Below are positions 19,356-30,497 of a stretch of DNA of 55,152 nucleotides, in pieces; the stretch's first letter is position 1; each line of letters begins with the position of its first letter. The translations under genes and the position numbers were made by a program. The notes below the pieces were generated by a model. It ran no database searches, had not been told where the DNA came from, and saw nothing but the letters and a program-made list of their open reading frames with translations. Source of the DNA: a virus (taxonomy: Duplodnaviria; Caudoviricetes); IMG/VR virus record IMGVR_UViG_3300009702_000031, positions 1-55,152 of that record, one strand, 5' to 3'.

Positions 19356-21434
19356 ATGGGTAGATTTAAAGGTAAAGACCTATATCTAAAAAACGATGAT
19401 CAAATTTATTTTGGTGATAACCAAGAGGTAGCTCTGTGGTATGACGACTCCGACTTACAGGTGAACCATACTATAAGCGGAGTCGCCGCCACACAACCTT
19501 ATCACCTTGTTCAGAAACAGTACATAGACGGCCAAATAGCTACAGTTTCTGGTGGAGAGGCGGGTCCTCCTGGATTTGGGGTGTTTGCTACCGCCAGAGT
19601 AGATGCTGATGGTACAGTCAGGGATAGTTTTAATCTAAATGTTAGTAGGTCTGCTACTGGTACGTATGGATGTACTTTCACGTCTCGTCCTAAAGATGCT
19701 TATTATAGTGTAATAGCACAGCCATATCAAACTGTTACAGATACTAATGCGATGGTTTCAAGTGTATCTACTACTGGTTTTACAATTCAAGTGGGGCAAG
19801 GGGACAATGGAAGCTCTCCTGATGTTCTCACTGACACTGATTTTTCGGTTGTTGTAGTTAATTCAGAAGGGTCTACTACAGCGGCTAGTGGTGTGGGTTA
19901 TTTATGTGCTTGTCAAATAAGAAGGACCACGGATTATACTTATACTACTTCTTGGGCTAATGTAACGTTTGATACTACCGATGTGGAGAATACTACTATC
20001 ATTACACATGATGGTACTAATACAGAGAGAATAAACATTAGTGCTACTGGCCTTTATATGATCAGTTACGATATGAAGGCACATTTGGCTACCGGTTCTA
20101 CTAATAATATAGTACAGGCGTCAGGTAGGGTTTTGATAAATGGAACAACTGTTGCTCCAGGTTCTTCATTGTTTGCTAATGTGTATGTTAGTGAGACTCA
20201 TGATGTTGATTGTACTGCTATAGTGTATCTTACTGCTGGTGATTATATAGTTTTACAGGCTATGAAGGGTACCACAGATGAAATGACCGCTCCCGCTGAT
20301 ACTGTTTTTAATATAGTAAAGTTAGACGGTGTTAAAGGAGATAAAGGGGATAAAGGTGACCCTGGAGCCGATGGCGTCGATGGAGCCGATGGTGCTGATG
20401 GTATAGACGGAGTAGTTACGGTTTCAGGATCCGCCACTGGTTATTTTGATGCTTACGATAGTTCTGGTGGAACTACAGTGGGCACTACCTGGGTAGATAT
20501 ACCTCTTATTACTGAAAGATATAAGAGCACAGGCCTTTTTGCTCATTCAGCCAGTTCTCCGTAAGTAATAATACAAGAATCATACACTTATATAATAAAT
20601 GCTAGAGTGACTACAACCATTACTGCTGGATCTTCTAGAACAGATAGTATTATGAGAATCGTTAAAGATTCTGGTTCTGGGTATGTAGAGATTCCTGGCA
20701 CCCGAGCAAAAATGTATAATAGAACATTGAATGTAGGTGAGAATACAGGAAATGTAACAATTGTGTCCGGTTTGAATAAGAACGATAGAATAAAGGTCCA
20801 GGCCATTAGAGATAACGGTACTTCTACTTTAGCTTTAGAAGCTAATGGCTCTTCCTTATCCATTTTCACTACCACTGGAGAAAAGGGGGATCCAGGAGCT
20901 GATGGTGCCCCTGGGTCTGGGTCTAATTTGTCTCTTAAACATGAAGGCACTACTGTTACTGGTAGTCCTTTTTCAATACTTAATTTTACTGGGTCCTCTG
21001 TTAATAAAGTAGAGGATCAGGGCGGTGGACAAGCAGAGATTTATATCGAGCCAGATTTTGGTTCTTGGTACGGATGGTCTTTTAGTGATTCAGAAAGTAA
21101 TACTAATAGCACATCCTGGGTTAACAAAGTTACTTATACATCGCCTTCTGTTCCAGCTGGATATTATAGAGTAGGTTATCAATTTGAATGGAGAAGAAAC
21201 TCTGCTTCTAATGATTTTAAAGCAAGAATACAAATAGATAATACTAATACGATTATGGAGATGAATGAAGAATCAAAAGATATTAATTCTTGGCATCATG
21301 TTGGTGGATTTGTTATAGTTAATTTGACCAATGTATCACACACAATAGATATAGACTTTTCAGGAGAAAACACAGGTAGTACCAGTTATATTAGAAGAGC
21401 TAGAATAGAGTTCTGGATGATTAATTCTAGTTAA
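19356..21434 (+). CDS. Collagen-repeat/C1q-like fibre protein (692 codons) interrupted by an in-frame TAA at 20562-20564
   Basis: 19356..20564 and 20607..21434 share a frame and the gap is open. The stop lies inside a second copy of the W...T...H....(E)xxI....Y.I beta-sandwich repeat; Gly-X-Y tracts present. Confidence 0.7.
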
Positions 21435-21450
21435 TAAGGGGGTAAATTAA

Positions 21451-23298
21451 ATGAATTATGAGTATATTTATTCAATAGAAAATGACTTTCCAAATTCTAA
21501 AGTTGATATAGATGCATTAGTCTATGAGATTAGATTATCTACTATTACTATAGCAGTAGACTATGTCTATAATAAAGATGAAATAGAATGTCATATTTAT
21601 ATGAAAGCGAATCTTTCTGAAGAAGAACAGGCTACACTGGATGAAATTGTGGCTAATCATGAAGGTGACCCACTTTCTATATCTGGTGCTCTATCTATTA
21701 CTTCTGATAGAACTCAAATAGTTAATGACCAGATGAAGCCTGTGGATGTAGATTCTGAAGGCCGTATGAAAGTTTTGAGTTATGTTACCCCCAAAGAACA
21801 CGAACTTTCTGGACCACAACACATTGGTAGATTATCTGATGAACAACTTCCTGATTGTGTTACGAGATGTACCGATTTAGTGGCGTTATCTGGAACACTT
21901 ACCAATGCTATGTATGATTTTGCTGATGGGTATTATGATAAATCTGAAACAGATACCTTGCTTTTGACTAAGTCACCAATATCACATCAACATGATTTAC
22001 GATATTATAAAAAACCAGAAGTAGATGCTCTTATTATAACAAAACATGGCGATTTATCTGGTTTAGATGATGACCATCCTCAATATTTTACTACTGCTAG
22101 AGGGGATGTAAGGTATCTTAAGATAGAAGATGAGATAGCCATTTCAGGAACTCTACAATCACAAATAGATAATAAGTCAGATATATCTCATTTACATGAT
22201 GATAGGTATTATACTGAAACAGAATTAGACGGTTTCCTTGCCAATAAATCAGATACGTCTCATGTACATTCTCATTCTGATCTTACTAACTTATCTTCAG
22301 ATGATCACACGCAGTATTTACTTGCTGATGGGTCTCGCGCGGTTAATGGAAATTTATCCATTGTGGGCGATCTTACTGTACAAGGTACACAATTTATATC
22401 AAACACAGAGATTATGGAAGTATCAGACAACACTATTTTGGTAAATGCCGGTGAAACTGGAAGCAATGTGTCTGCTGGTTATGCGGGTATAGAGATAGAT
22501 AGAGGAACTGCTCCCGACTATATGTTCGTTTATCATGAGGAACATGGACATTTTGAGGTAGGTATTTCGGGCTCATTACAAGATGTGGCGCTTAGAGAAG
22601 ATAACCCTGTCGATAAGCACATAGCATTTTGGGATGGTACACAAAAACTGTTTGTCACTAATAGTATGTCAGTGGATGATGTGTCTTCCATTAATTATGT
22701 AGATTCTACTGCGGTATCATTACAACAGAACATTGATGGTAAGTCAGATATTGGACACACACATTTACAAAGTGATATTACTGATCTTGTACACGATGCT
22801 ACTAAGATACAACATAAACCAATAGATGCTCCGGTTCCTTCAGATGATGGTAAACGTATTGTGTATGATGCTACAGAAGATAAATTTAAACTAGTCTCTT
22901 CCGGTTCTGGAGGTGGAGGCAACTCTTTTCCATTTTCTTACTTCTACCATGCTCAAGATTTAGATTGGACTGCTACGAATTGTTATGAGGACTGGACGAC
23001 AAAGATTAAGATGTCTGTAGAAATACCAACTGGTACATATAGAATAGGTTTCTTCTTTAACTGGCAGTGTACATCTACAAGCAGGAGTATGGAAGCTAGA
23101 ATTACGGTGGATGGTGATGAATTATATTATCAAAGCACAGAGCCAAAAGATTATCATAATGAGAATATAGAAAGTGGTTTTAGATACACAGATTTAACTG
23201 AAGGTACACATACAATTGTTTTAGAATTTAAGCCCAATAGACATGGAGCCACAATCTATTTGTGGAATACAGAATTAGAATTTTGGAAGGTAGGATAA
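21451..23298 (+). CDS. Fibre-like virion protein with multiple HxH motifs
   Basis: HQHDLRYY, HLHDDRYY, HVHSH, HTH; LTVxGTQFISNTE...DRGTAPD block shared with 11374..14853. Confidence 0.65.
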   Translation: MNYEYIYSIENDFPNSKVDIDALVYEIRLSTITIAVDYVYNKDEIECHIYMKANLSEEEQATLDEIVANHEGDPLSISGALSITSDRTQIVNDQMKPVDVDSEGRMKVLSYVTPKEHELSGPQHIGRLSDEQLPDCVTRCTDLVALSGTLTNAMYDFADGYYDKSETDTLLLTKSPISHQHDLRYYKKPEVDALIITKHGDLSGLDDDHPQYFTTARGDVRYLKIEDEIAISGTLQSQIDNKSDISHLHDDRYYTETELDGFLANKSDTSHVHSHSDLTNLSSDDHTQYLLADGSRAVNGNLSIVGDLTVQGTQFISNTEIMEVSDNTILVNAGETGSNVSAGYAGIEIDRGTAPDYMFVYHEEHGHFEVGISGSLQDVALREDNPVDKHIAFWDGTQKLFVTNSMSVDDVSSINYVDSTAVSLQQNIDGKSDIGHTHLQSDITDLVHDATKIQHKPIDAPVPSDDGKRIVYDATEDKFKLVSSGSGGGGNSFPFSYFYHAQDLDWTATNCYEDWTTKIKMSVEIPTGTYRIGFFFNWQCTSTSRSMEARITVDGDELYYQSTEPKDYHNENIESGFRYTDLTEGTHTIVLEFKPNRHGATIYLWNTELEFWKVG

Positions 23299-23313
23299 CA
23301 TTGGAGGTTTATT

Positions 23314-24309
23314 ATGGCAGCAACTAAATACACGTTTTCAATAACACAAGATTTTCCCAATAGTAAAGTGGTACCAGATTCTTTGGAGCTAGAGATAAAT
23401 GAATCTGGCATTACCACAGCATTAGATTATATTCAAGTTACTGGAGATACATGTGATATATGGTTTAAAGGAGCACTTTCTCCAACAGAAGAAACATACT
23501 TACAGACTGTAGTCAGTAATCATCAAGGGGAGTATTTGGAGTCTTATGATAAAGTAATGGTGGTTAATGAAGTGGAATTAGCTGTAACTAACAGATCTCA
23601 TAAGTTAGAAGTACATGAATCTTCTCGTGTGCGAGGCACAACTACTTATTTCACTGGTGCTGGAGATAATATTAACGATATTACAGATGTAGGTAGCGGC
23701 GAGTTGTTTATTCTCAAACATAGAATAGGTGATCCGTTTGAACAAAATTTATACATTGACTTTAATATTATTGAGAACGAGACATGGATTCATGAAGGTT
23801 ATGTAATTTGGAATAAGGCACAATTTGACACCATATCCTTTAATATAGTACCAATTGTTACTCCAACAACAGTAACAAGTGGGACATTTTATAATCTTTA
23901 TGGTGGGTATCTTATTGTCCCTGCCACTGGAGACGGCACTATTCAAATAACTTCTGATATTACGGACCCACGTGGTGGATTAGTTTACATACCTATTGGA
24001 GAAGATGGTACTAGAGCCACACCTGCTTTTTGGAATGCGGATTGGAATACAACAACAAAGAAGTTTGAAAACATTTCAGCAGCACCCGCGGGTGATGGGG
24101 AGTATAATATGTTCTCGGTAGAAGTACCATTAGGTAAATTTGTGAATAGATTACCACTACTTAATGAGGGGTTTCAAAGAATGCAAAGCGCTGATTCAGA
24201 TGAGTTAGGTCAAGGTATGAGATTGAGAGCCACTTTATATACTATTGAACCAGATCATGATTGGGAAATGGCTTGTATGTTGACATTACATAGAGCAAGA
24301 ACAGTATAG
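23314..24309 (+). CDS. Virion-associated hypothetical protein (N-terminal domain shared with 21451..23298)
   Basis: Y.FSI..DFPNSKV..D.L..EI..S.IT.A.DY N-terminus. Confidence 0.55.
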   Translation: MAATKYTFSITQDFPNSKVVPDSLELEINESGITTALDYIQVTGDTCDIWFKGALSPTEETYLQTVVSNHQGEYLESYDKVMVVNEVELAVTNRSHKLEVHESSRVRGTTTYFTGAGDNINDITDVGSGELFILKHRIGDPFEQNLYIDFNIIENETWIHEGYVIWNKAQFDTISFNIVPIVTPTTVTSGTFYNLYGGYLIVPATGDGTIQITSDITDPRGGLVYIPIGEDGTRATPAFWNADWNTTTKKFENISAAPAGDGEYNMFSVEVPLGKFVNRLPLLNEGFQRMQSADSDELGQGMRLRATLYTIEPDHDWEMACMLTLHRARTV

Positions 24310-24317
24310 GAGGAATT

Positions 24318-25031
24318 ATGGATTTATTAATCTCTGACATACATTTAGGATCGCCTCTATTTAGATTAGAAAAACAACTGATTGATATTTTATTAGATGA
24401 AAAGTATGAAAGAATATTTATAATAGGGGATTTTATAGATGAGTGGGAAATGGATATTGATGAAATATTGGATAAGTACAAGGACGTAATAGATTGTATT
24501 AATGAATCAAAAAAATTCATTATGATTATAAAAGGAAATCACGATCCAAGTATAGATGTGCTTAAAACTATATTTCCCAATAGGTCAATATATAATAATT
24601 ATGAAATTAATTTTGGAAATAAGAGAGCAATATTAATTCACGGACATGAATTCAATTTTATGATTACAAACACATTATCATTAACAAAATTACTGTTTCC
24701 ATTCCAATTGTTATCGGAACGATTTGGTTTTAATCTAAATGGCGCACTTAGAGATTTATATCAATCAGTAGCATGTAAAATAAACCATAAGAAATATAAC
24801 GAATTAATATTTGGTATAGAGAATAAAGCAGTAAAAAAATATTCTAAGTATGATGTGATAGTTATGGGACATACACACAAAGAAAAGTTAGTAAAACTTC
24901 CTGGTAATAAATACTATGTAAATACTGGTTCTTTAGTACATCACCCAGTATATACTGAGTTTGCTAATGATTCTTTTGTGACTAAACTTATAAAGGGTAT
25001 CAACTATGACGAATATATTGTACAAAATTAA
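24318..25031 (+). CDS. Calcineurin-like metallophosphoesterase (LpxH-like size and motifs)
   Basis: All five motifs present: SDIHLG, GDFID, GNHD, HGH, GHTH. Confidence 0.85.
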   Translation: MDLLISDIHLGSPLFRLEKQLIDILLDEKYERIFIIGDFIDEWEMDIDEILDKYKDVIDCINESKKFIMIIKGNHDPSIDVLKTIFPNRSIYNNYEINFGNKRAILIHGHEFNFMITNTLSLTKLLFPFQLLSERFGFNLNGALRDLYQSVACKINHKKYNELIFGIENKAVKKYSKYDVIVMGHTHKEKLVKLPGNKYYVNTGSLVHHPVYTEFANDSFVTKLIKGINYDEYIVQN

Positions 25032-25587
25032 ATCTAAAATAGTGGCGTGGGTAGCAGATATACGACTATACCGGTGGCCTATGTTTTTTATTTTTGCAGG
25101 TGAATCTCATTATCAGATAAAGGGAGATGATCAACGAAAGATTTTAGAAAACTTAGAGCCAGGAGATATACTCTTGAGAAGATATGACCATTATTTAGGA
25201 AGTATAGCTATTAAGGGCTACTGGTCTCATGCAGCACTTTATGTAGATAAAGATCGTGTAATCCATATGCTGGGTAAGGGTATAACTAATGAAGATATTT
25301 TGTCATTTATGCGATGTGATAATATAATGATACTGCGTTTGAAAGAAAAGTATAAGCATATTATACCTGGAGCTATAGATAAAGCGTATAAGTTTCAAAT
25401 TAACGGTGTTGATTATGATTATAGTTTTGATTATACTTCACCTAAAAGATTCTATTGTACAGAGTTTGTAGATAATTGTATTGGTTATAAAGTAAAAGAA
25501 AGATTCCCTAATGAAAAGTTTATACTTCCAGATCATTTTGAACAGTGTACTGATCTATTTGATATGATTTGGACAAAAAAGAAATAG
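25006..25587 (+). CDS. Permuted papain-like NlpC/P60 amidase (YiiX/YebB-like)
   Basis: PGDILL, WSHAALY (His) precede YDYSF......FYCTEF (Cys), the circularly permuted order. Confidence 0.8.
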   Translation: MTNILYKIKSKIVAWVADIRLYRWPMFFIFAGESHYQIKGDDQRKILENLEPGDILLRRYDHYLGSIAIKGYWSHAALYVDKDRVIHMLGKGITNEDILSFMRCDNIMILRLKEKYKHIIPGAIDKAYKFQINGVDYDYSFDYTSPKRFYCTEFVDNCIGYKVKERFPNEKFILPDHFEQCTDLFDMIWTKKK

Positions 25588-25596
25588 GAGAATGTT

Positions 25597-26088
25597 ATGC
25601 CTAGAAGTGAAATAAGAGAAGATCAAGTTAAAGATTCGGACTTTTTGTCCCCTTATGAACATGATCATGAGACGCCTCATTACTTTATAAAAGAGGAAGA
25701 TACTCCTACTACTTATAGCGGCCATGCCGGTGAATATGTTAAAGTTAATTCTTCGGTAAACGGTCTGGAGTTTAGTTCTAATACTGAGACTTGGACCGAA
25801 GTGTCTTCTAATTATGCCGCTTCTTCTGGCGATAATCTAATGCTGAATTCAACCGTGTCAGGGATAGTAATTACTCTTCCATCGTCACCCGCTCTTGGAA
25901 ATACGATAAAAATTATAGATGGTGCTAATAATTGTGGTACATATAATGTAACTGTTTCTGGTTCTGGAGAAAAGATATTAGGATCTACTGACCCGTTAAT
26001 TATTGATACAGATAATGCTAACTTTTGTTTAGTATATTACAACAGTACCTATGGTTGGAAGCTAGGTGTGTATACTATTAGAAATTAG
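25597..26088 (+). CDS. Small fibre-module protein
   Basis: DTPTTYSG..G.YV.V shared with 17302; TLPxxPxxG...DG..NCGT.NVT...LVYYN..GW shared with the 11374 C-terminus. Confidence 0.6.
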   Translation: MPRSEIREDQVKDSDFLSPYEHDHETPHYFIKEEDTPTTYSGHAGEYVKVNSSVNGLEFSSNTETWTEVSSNYAASSGDNLMLNSTVSGIVITLPSSPALGNTIKIIDGANNCGTYNVTVSGSGEKILGSTDPLIIDTDNANFCLVYYNSTYGWKLGVYTIRN

Positions 26089-26109
26089 GAGTGTAAGAGG
26101 AGAAGAAAA

Positions 26110-26640
26110 GTGATTCGTGCAGACATTAATGAACGATTTCCAATATCGGTAGCATTAGTAGATGAAGCTGCTGATGCAGTAGCCTCCAATAAAACGGTGT
26201 ACTATGATGTACGAGACATGAATGGTGACGCTTTAGCTCCTCCTATATCTGGTACTTTGAGTGAATCATTAGTAGAGCCTGGTATTTATACAAAAGACTT
26301 GTCTATTCCAACCGCAGGTGAGTATGTTATTTATACTACATCATCAGGATTTTTGCCGGGTACAGAAGAAGTTAGGATAAATGATGAAAACATTTATCAT
26401 TTAGTAAAACAAAACAGACATTACAACATCTCTGTAGAAGATGTACCAAGGATGAACACTATTCCGACAGTATCACAAACAGTTAGAAAAGTTCCGATGA
26501 ATAAAACTGATTATATCATAACTAGGATAAAGTCAGATACTATGCTAGACTGGACAACAAGTACCGTATCGGGTACTACTTATGCCTGGTATAATAGTTT
26601 AGATGATACAGTTCTATATAAAATGGGAGGCCCTAACTAA
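26110..26640 (+). CDS. Hypothetical virion protein (possible Ig-like N-terminus)
   Basis: 176 aa; GTG start after GAGGAG. Confidence 0.55.
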   Translation: MIRADINERFPISVALVDEAADAVASNKTVYYDVRDMNGDALAPPISGTLSESLVEPGIYTKDLSIPTAGEYVIYTTSSGFLPGTEEVRINDENIYHLVKQNRHYNISVEDVPRMNTIPTVSQTVRKVPMNKTDYIITRIKSDTMLDWTTSTVSGTTYAWYNSLDDTVLYKMGGPN

Positions 26641-26641
26641 G

Positions 26642-27073
26642 ATGGATGTCAGGTACCTCGGATGGGCAGGTTACCAATTAGCTCCCTGTGATGCTACCAC
26701 AAGCGGCATTGGCGGGTATGGATCTATTCAATTAGAAGAAGGATGGCAACTTATAGCTATACCAATTATGTATGGTTATTGGGATAGTACTGCTCATAAA
26801 CACGTTCATGATGGCACAACAGTGGCTAGATTTGAAAACTATGTATTGGATCAAATTACAGATTTATATGGAACAGGTGTAGTGGAAGTAGCTAACACTT
26901 ATACCGGCGATCAACAGGCATTCTGGAGTTATGTAGTAGGTTCTACTCCAACAAGTAGCAACCATAATTGGCAATTGGTATATGACGATAATGGGAGTCA
27001 AGAGATATCTGGATTTTGGATAAAGTCATTATCGCCTAGTGCTATGATTATAACGTGGGGCGACCAGCCATGA
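26642..27073 (+). CDS. Hypothetical virion protein
   Basis: GGGAGG RBS near 26625 supports ATG 26642 rather than 26603. Confidence 0.55.
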   Translation: MDVRYLGWAGYQLAPCDATTSGIGGYGSIQLEEGWQLIAIPIMYGYWDSTAHKHVHDGTTVARFENYVLDQITDLYGTGVVEVANTYTGDQQAFWSYVVGSTPTSSNHNWQLVYDDNGSQEISGFWIKSLSPSAMIITWGDQP

Positions 27074-27128
27074 AAAACTTTGGAATAAAAAAATTTAAAT
27101 GTAGATATGCCGAAGAGGTGAGTATCTA

Positions 27129-28919
27129 ATGAGTTTAAATGTGACATTTGATGGTTACGTCTTTAAAGGTGACGGGTCTTTAGGATCTGGAGATGTTGCA
27201 TATCAGGCTTATTTTTATAAGGCTGGTTCTGGGTCGTCTAGTTCTAAATGGAATGCTACTCGTGTAATAGAAGCTGGTGCTGCTGCTGGGTATTATTCCT
27301 GTAATTTAGGGGATGCAGATTGGCTCGGTCAAGAAGGAAGTGTGTCTCCCAATGATGTAGTGATAATGGTGTTCTGGAGTCCAGCCACTTTTGATAGATT
27401 AGATGATTGTACACAATTAAATGAGTGGTCTTGTTTTAGAATAGTGTTGGATGGTTCTAGTACATATACCACACAAGTTCAAGTTAAACCTAACATATGT
27501 CCTAATTTGATTTGGTCTTTGAACAACATTGGTTTTGTTGATCATAATATAACCGTCAGTAATAGTAGTACTGACCAGCATCAATGGGATTTTATGGGAA
27601 CCACAATGTATCAGAGGAATATTTGGTACACAACTTTAATGTCGGTTAATGCTGTTGATAAGTCTAGTTACGATTGGGGAGATGGCTATAAAGATAATAA
27701 TCTGCCAGGAACAACAAATGGTACACATAGTTGGAACTCAAGTGGAGATTATGATGTTGAATTGGTTATAGAAGATGCGTGTGGTTGTACAGTTACTGGT
27801 ACAGAGTCTATAAGAATTTATAATAATCCGCCAGTACCTGATATAATAATGATTCCAGCAGATCCAGATCCTAATGAGCCAGTAATCTTTAGGTACTCTG
27901 GTACTGACGTCGATAATACTATTAGTGGCATAGCATGGGTTATATCAGATAGCGGTCCTTACGGTAATACAGACACTTTAGGTTATACTGGAAGAGATGA
28001 TGATCTGCCGCACAAAGAAGGTCTTGGTACTGACTGGTGTGGGGAAGCTGCAGATCAGTGGGCGTTTACAAATCCAGGAAATCATGATGTATCTATAGTT
28101 ATAAGTTGGTGGGATGGTTTTAGTATACAGACCATGAATTATAGTAAAGTATTTAATCAAGAAGTGTTCTCTGGTCCAAGTGTTTCTTTTAATCAGGTTC
28201 CAGCACAAGCAGAGTTGGATTCAACAGTAAAGTTTGTAAATACATCTACAAACACAGATCGTGTGGGTAAAGGACTTCCTGATTGCACAGAGTATGATTG
28301 GACATGGATTGATGATACAACTACAAATGATGAAACAAACAAACCTTATAGTTATGAATTAGAACGAATTCCAACAACAGTAGACTGCTCTGTTAAGCTA
28401 TGTGCTTCTTGGAGCGACGGTTGGCAAACACGATATAGTTGTGTAGAAAAATCAGTAGTTTTTGAAACAAAGGTTTATGTATCAACAGAAGACTGTTATT
28501 ATAATTTAAGATTGACAGGCACGTCTGATGATGGATCTATAAGCGATTATAGCTGGACTATTTCTTCTGGTACTACTGAATTAGGTCCTTGGGATGAGGT
28601 GTGGAATAGTCCGGTAAATATAGAACAAAACCCCAAGACATTGTGTTTTACTTCAGTGGGGTGGTACAAAATAGATGGATACATTTATGGTACTGGTGCT
28701 ACTACTACAGATGATGAAATAATTTATATTAATGAGGTTTGCCCGGTCACTGTGTCCGGTATAGAAGTGGCAGTTTGTGAGCCTGAAATAACTGGACACG
28801 AAATAGGTAAAATGACTGTTAAGGTAGATGAGGTGCTTAAACCTCATATGAGAGGTAGTTATGATGTTAAGCCTACAGTTAGCACAATAAACACATTTCC
28901 AGGACCAAAGAACATATAG
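27129..28919 (+). CDS. PKD/Ig-like domain virion protein
   Basis: YDWGDG....THSW..SG.Y.V.L.I.D PKD signature; further F.N.S...Y.W units; Cys/Trp-rich. Confidence 0.7.
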   Translation: MSLNVTFDGYVFKGDGSLGSGDVAYQAYFYKAGSGSSSSKWNATRVIEAGAAAGYYSCNLGDADWLGQEGSVSPNDVVIMVFWSPATFDRLDDCTQLNEWSCFRIVLDGSSTYTTQVQVKPNICPNLIWSLNNIGFVDHNITVSNSSTDQHQWDFMGTTMYQRNIWYTTLMSVNAVDKSSYDWGDGYKDNNLPGTTNGTHSWNSSGDYDVELVIEDACGCTVTGTESIRIYNNPPVPDIIMIPADPDPNEPVIFRYSGTDVDNTISGIAWVISDSGPYGNTDTLGYTGRDDDLPHKEGLGTDWCGEAADQWAFTNPGNHDVSIVISWWDGFSIQTMNYSKVFNQEVFSGPSVSFNQVPAQAELDSTVKFVNTSTNTDRVGKGLPDCTEYDWTWIDDTTTNDETNKPYSYELERIPTTVDCSVKLCASWSDGWQTRYSCVEKSVVFETKVYVSTEDCYYNLRLTGTSDDGSISDYSWTISSGTTELGPWDEVWNSPVNIEQNPKTLCFTSVGWYKIDGYIYGTGATTTDDEIIYINEVCPVTVSGIEVAVCEPEITGHEIGKMTVKVDEVLKPHMRGSYDVKPTVSTINTFPGPKNI

Positions 28920-28932
28920 TGGAGGTAAATAA

Positions 28933-29883
28933 ATGATTTCCTTAAATTTTACTGTAGATAATGTAGATACTGTATTAAAGATTTATGATAGAATAGAAGT
29001 AATAAGGTATACTGGTACTGAAACACAACCAGATACTCCGATAGGTGATATTTTAGCACTCACTGATTGGACTGTTGTAAGTGGTACGGGTTCTAACGTT
29101 CCTATTCAACTGTCATCAGGACAATCTAAGTATTATGCCTATGATGCTGATGGTGTTGCTACTGATTGGTATTCTTCAAGATACATATCATCTACAGATA
29201 GTAGTATCTACAGTGGTTGGACTGACCCTATTCTGGGTGAGCCTGGAGATCTTTATTATAATCCTCTTTTTCCGCCGGAAATCGACTATGGGACTACAGA
29301 CCAGGTTATAATAGATCGTATTAGAGTTCTTATAGGTGATCCAAAAGGCTTGAATCGTGAAGTAGGCGAACCAGCCAGTGCTTCTATAATGGCTAATGGT
29401 ACAACTTATTTTATTAAGGAAAAAGGCTGGCCTGTATCTATTACTATGAATGGTAAACAGTTTACTGATATAGGTAATCCAACCGTTAATGGATATAGAT
29501 ATTTAACATTTAAAGAAGATATTACACAGCCAGTCACTGTAAGTGGCGTGACTTATGCGGTGGATGTATGGTATTATACTTTTAGAAATAGTGATAGACA
29601 GATTATGGCAGTATATGAAAGTACTCCACCACCTGCCGGTCTTACAGAAACTACTGCTACTATAGAATCATATATATTAGCAGCTGCTATAGATATAGTA
29701 AGATCAGAGTTATTATTAGATGCAAATGAGGATGGTGCCCTGGTAGCGGATGAAGGAAGTAAATATAATCCGTCGCCAGGATTGGATGTACGGCGTAAAC
29801 TATTAGATGAGCTTAAGAAGAAATTGGATGATTTGGTTAAGTCTCTTACTCTAGGTGGAATAACTGGTGTTCTTATAGACTAA
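28933..29883 (+). CDS. Putative head-tail adaptor/neck protein
   Basis: IDRIRVLIGD motif; first gene of the neck-tail block; positional call. Confidence 0.5.
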   Translation: MISLNFTVDNVDTVLKIYDRIEVIRYTGTETQPDTPIGDILALTDWTVVSGTGSNVPIQLSSGQSKYYAYDADGVATDWYSSRYISSTDSSIYSGWTDPILGEPGDLYYNPLFPPEIDYGTTDQVIIDRIRVLIGDPKGLNREVGEPASASIMANGTTYFIKEKGWPVSITMNGKQFTDIGNPTVNGYRYLTFKEDITQPVTVSGVTYAVDVWYYTFRNSDRQIMAVYESTPPPAGLTETTATIESYILAAAIDIVRSELLLDANEDGALVADEGSKYNPSPGLDVRRKLLDELKKKLDDLVKSLTLGGITGVLID

Positions 29884-29900
29884 TACTTCTGGGAGCTAAA

Positions 29901-30497
29901 ATGAGAAGAAAACGCATTAGTAAAAAGACTAGGGAAAAGTTTAAGAAAACTATTAGGAATGTAATAGGTGATCTCAGCAGAGAGGTATTGGTTTATAAAA
30001 AACCTGCTATTCACGAATGTCCTAATTGTTTTTATGATAAACTCACTAGTTGTTCTACCGGAAAATGTAAATGGACTCCAGTGGAGGCTATGGATAAGCA
30101 GAATGGATGGGAAGCTGCTGGTAACGCTAGTGTAAGGTATAAATATTTTCTTAAAGGTAGGTGCCCAGTATGTAATGGTAAAGGTTATTTGGAGACACAG
30201 CGCCGTCGATGGATAAATGCCATGGTGATCTGGAATCCAGGATCAAGAATAGCAGGAAATGATGGTGTGTATGTGCCTTCTGGTTCTGATGGTACAACTA
30301 CGGTAGAATTGAAGGTACATCCTAAACATTATGATCTTATGAAAGATTGTATAAGGCTTATGGTTGATGGTATAGAGTGTAAGTTATCTAGACCGCCTTT
30401 GCTTAGAGGTCTTGGCAATGAGTCCGTTCTAATAATTACTGCGTATACTTCACATAAGTTTGATAAAACTGATGGTGACGTTATTAAGGAATATTAA
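29901..30497 (+). CDS. Putative head-closure protein with Zn-finger insert
   Basis: CPNC...CPVCNGKG; basic; position between adaptor and tail genes. Confidence 0.5.
   Translation: MRRKRISKKTREKFKKTIRNVIGDLSREVLVYKKPAIHECPNCFYDKLTSCSTGKCKWTPVEAMDKQNGWEAAGNASVRYKYFLKGRCPVCNGKGYLETQRRRWINAMVIWNPGSRIAGNDGVYVPSGSDGTTTVELKVHPKHYDLMKDCIRLMVDGIECKLSRPPLLRGLGNESVLIITAYTSHKFDKTDGDVIKEY

Noticed and set aside
20325-20410. Gly-X-Y collagen-like repeats as a novelty
   Set aside because: Common in phage fibre proteins; covered in the CDS call.
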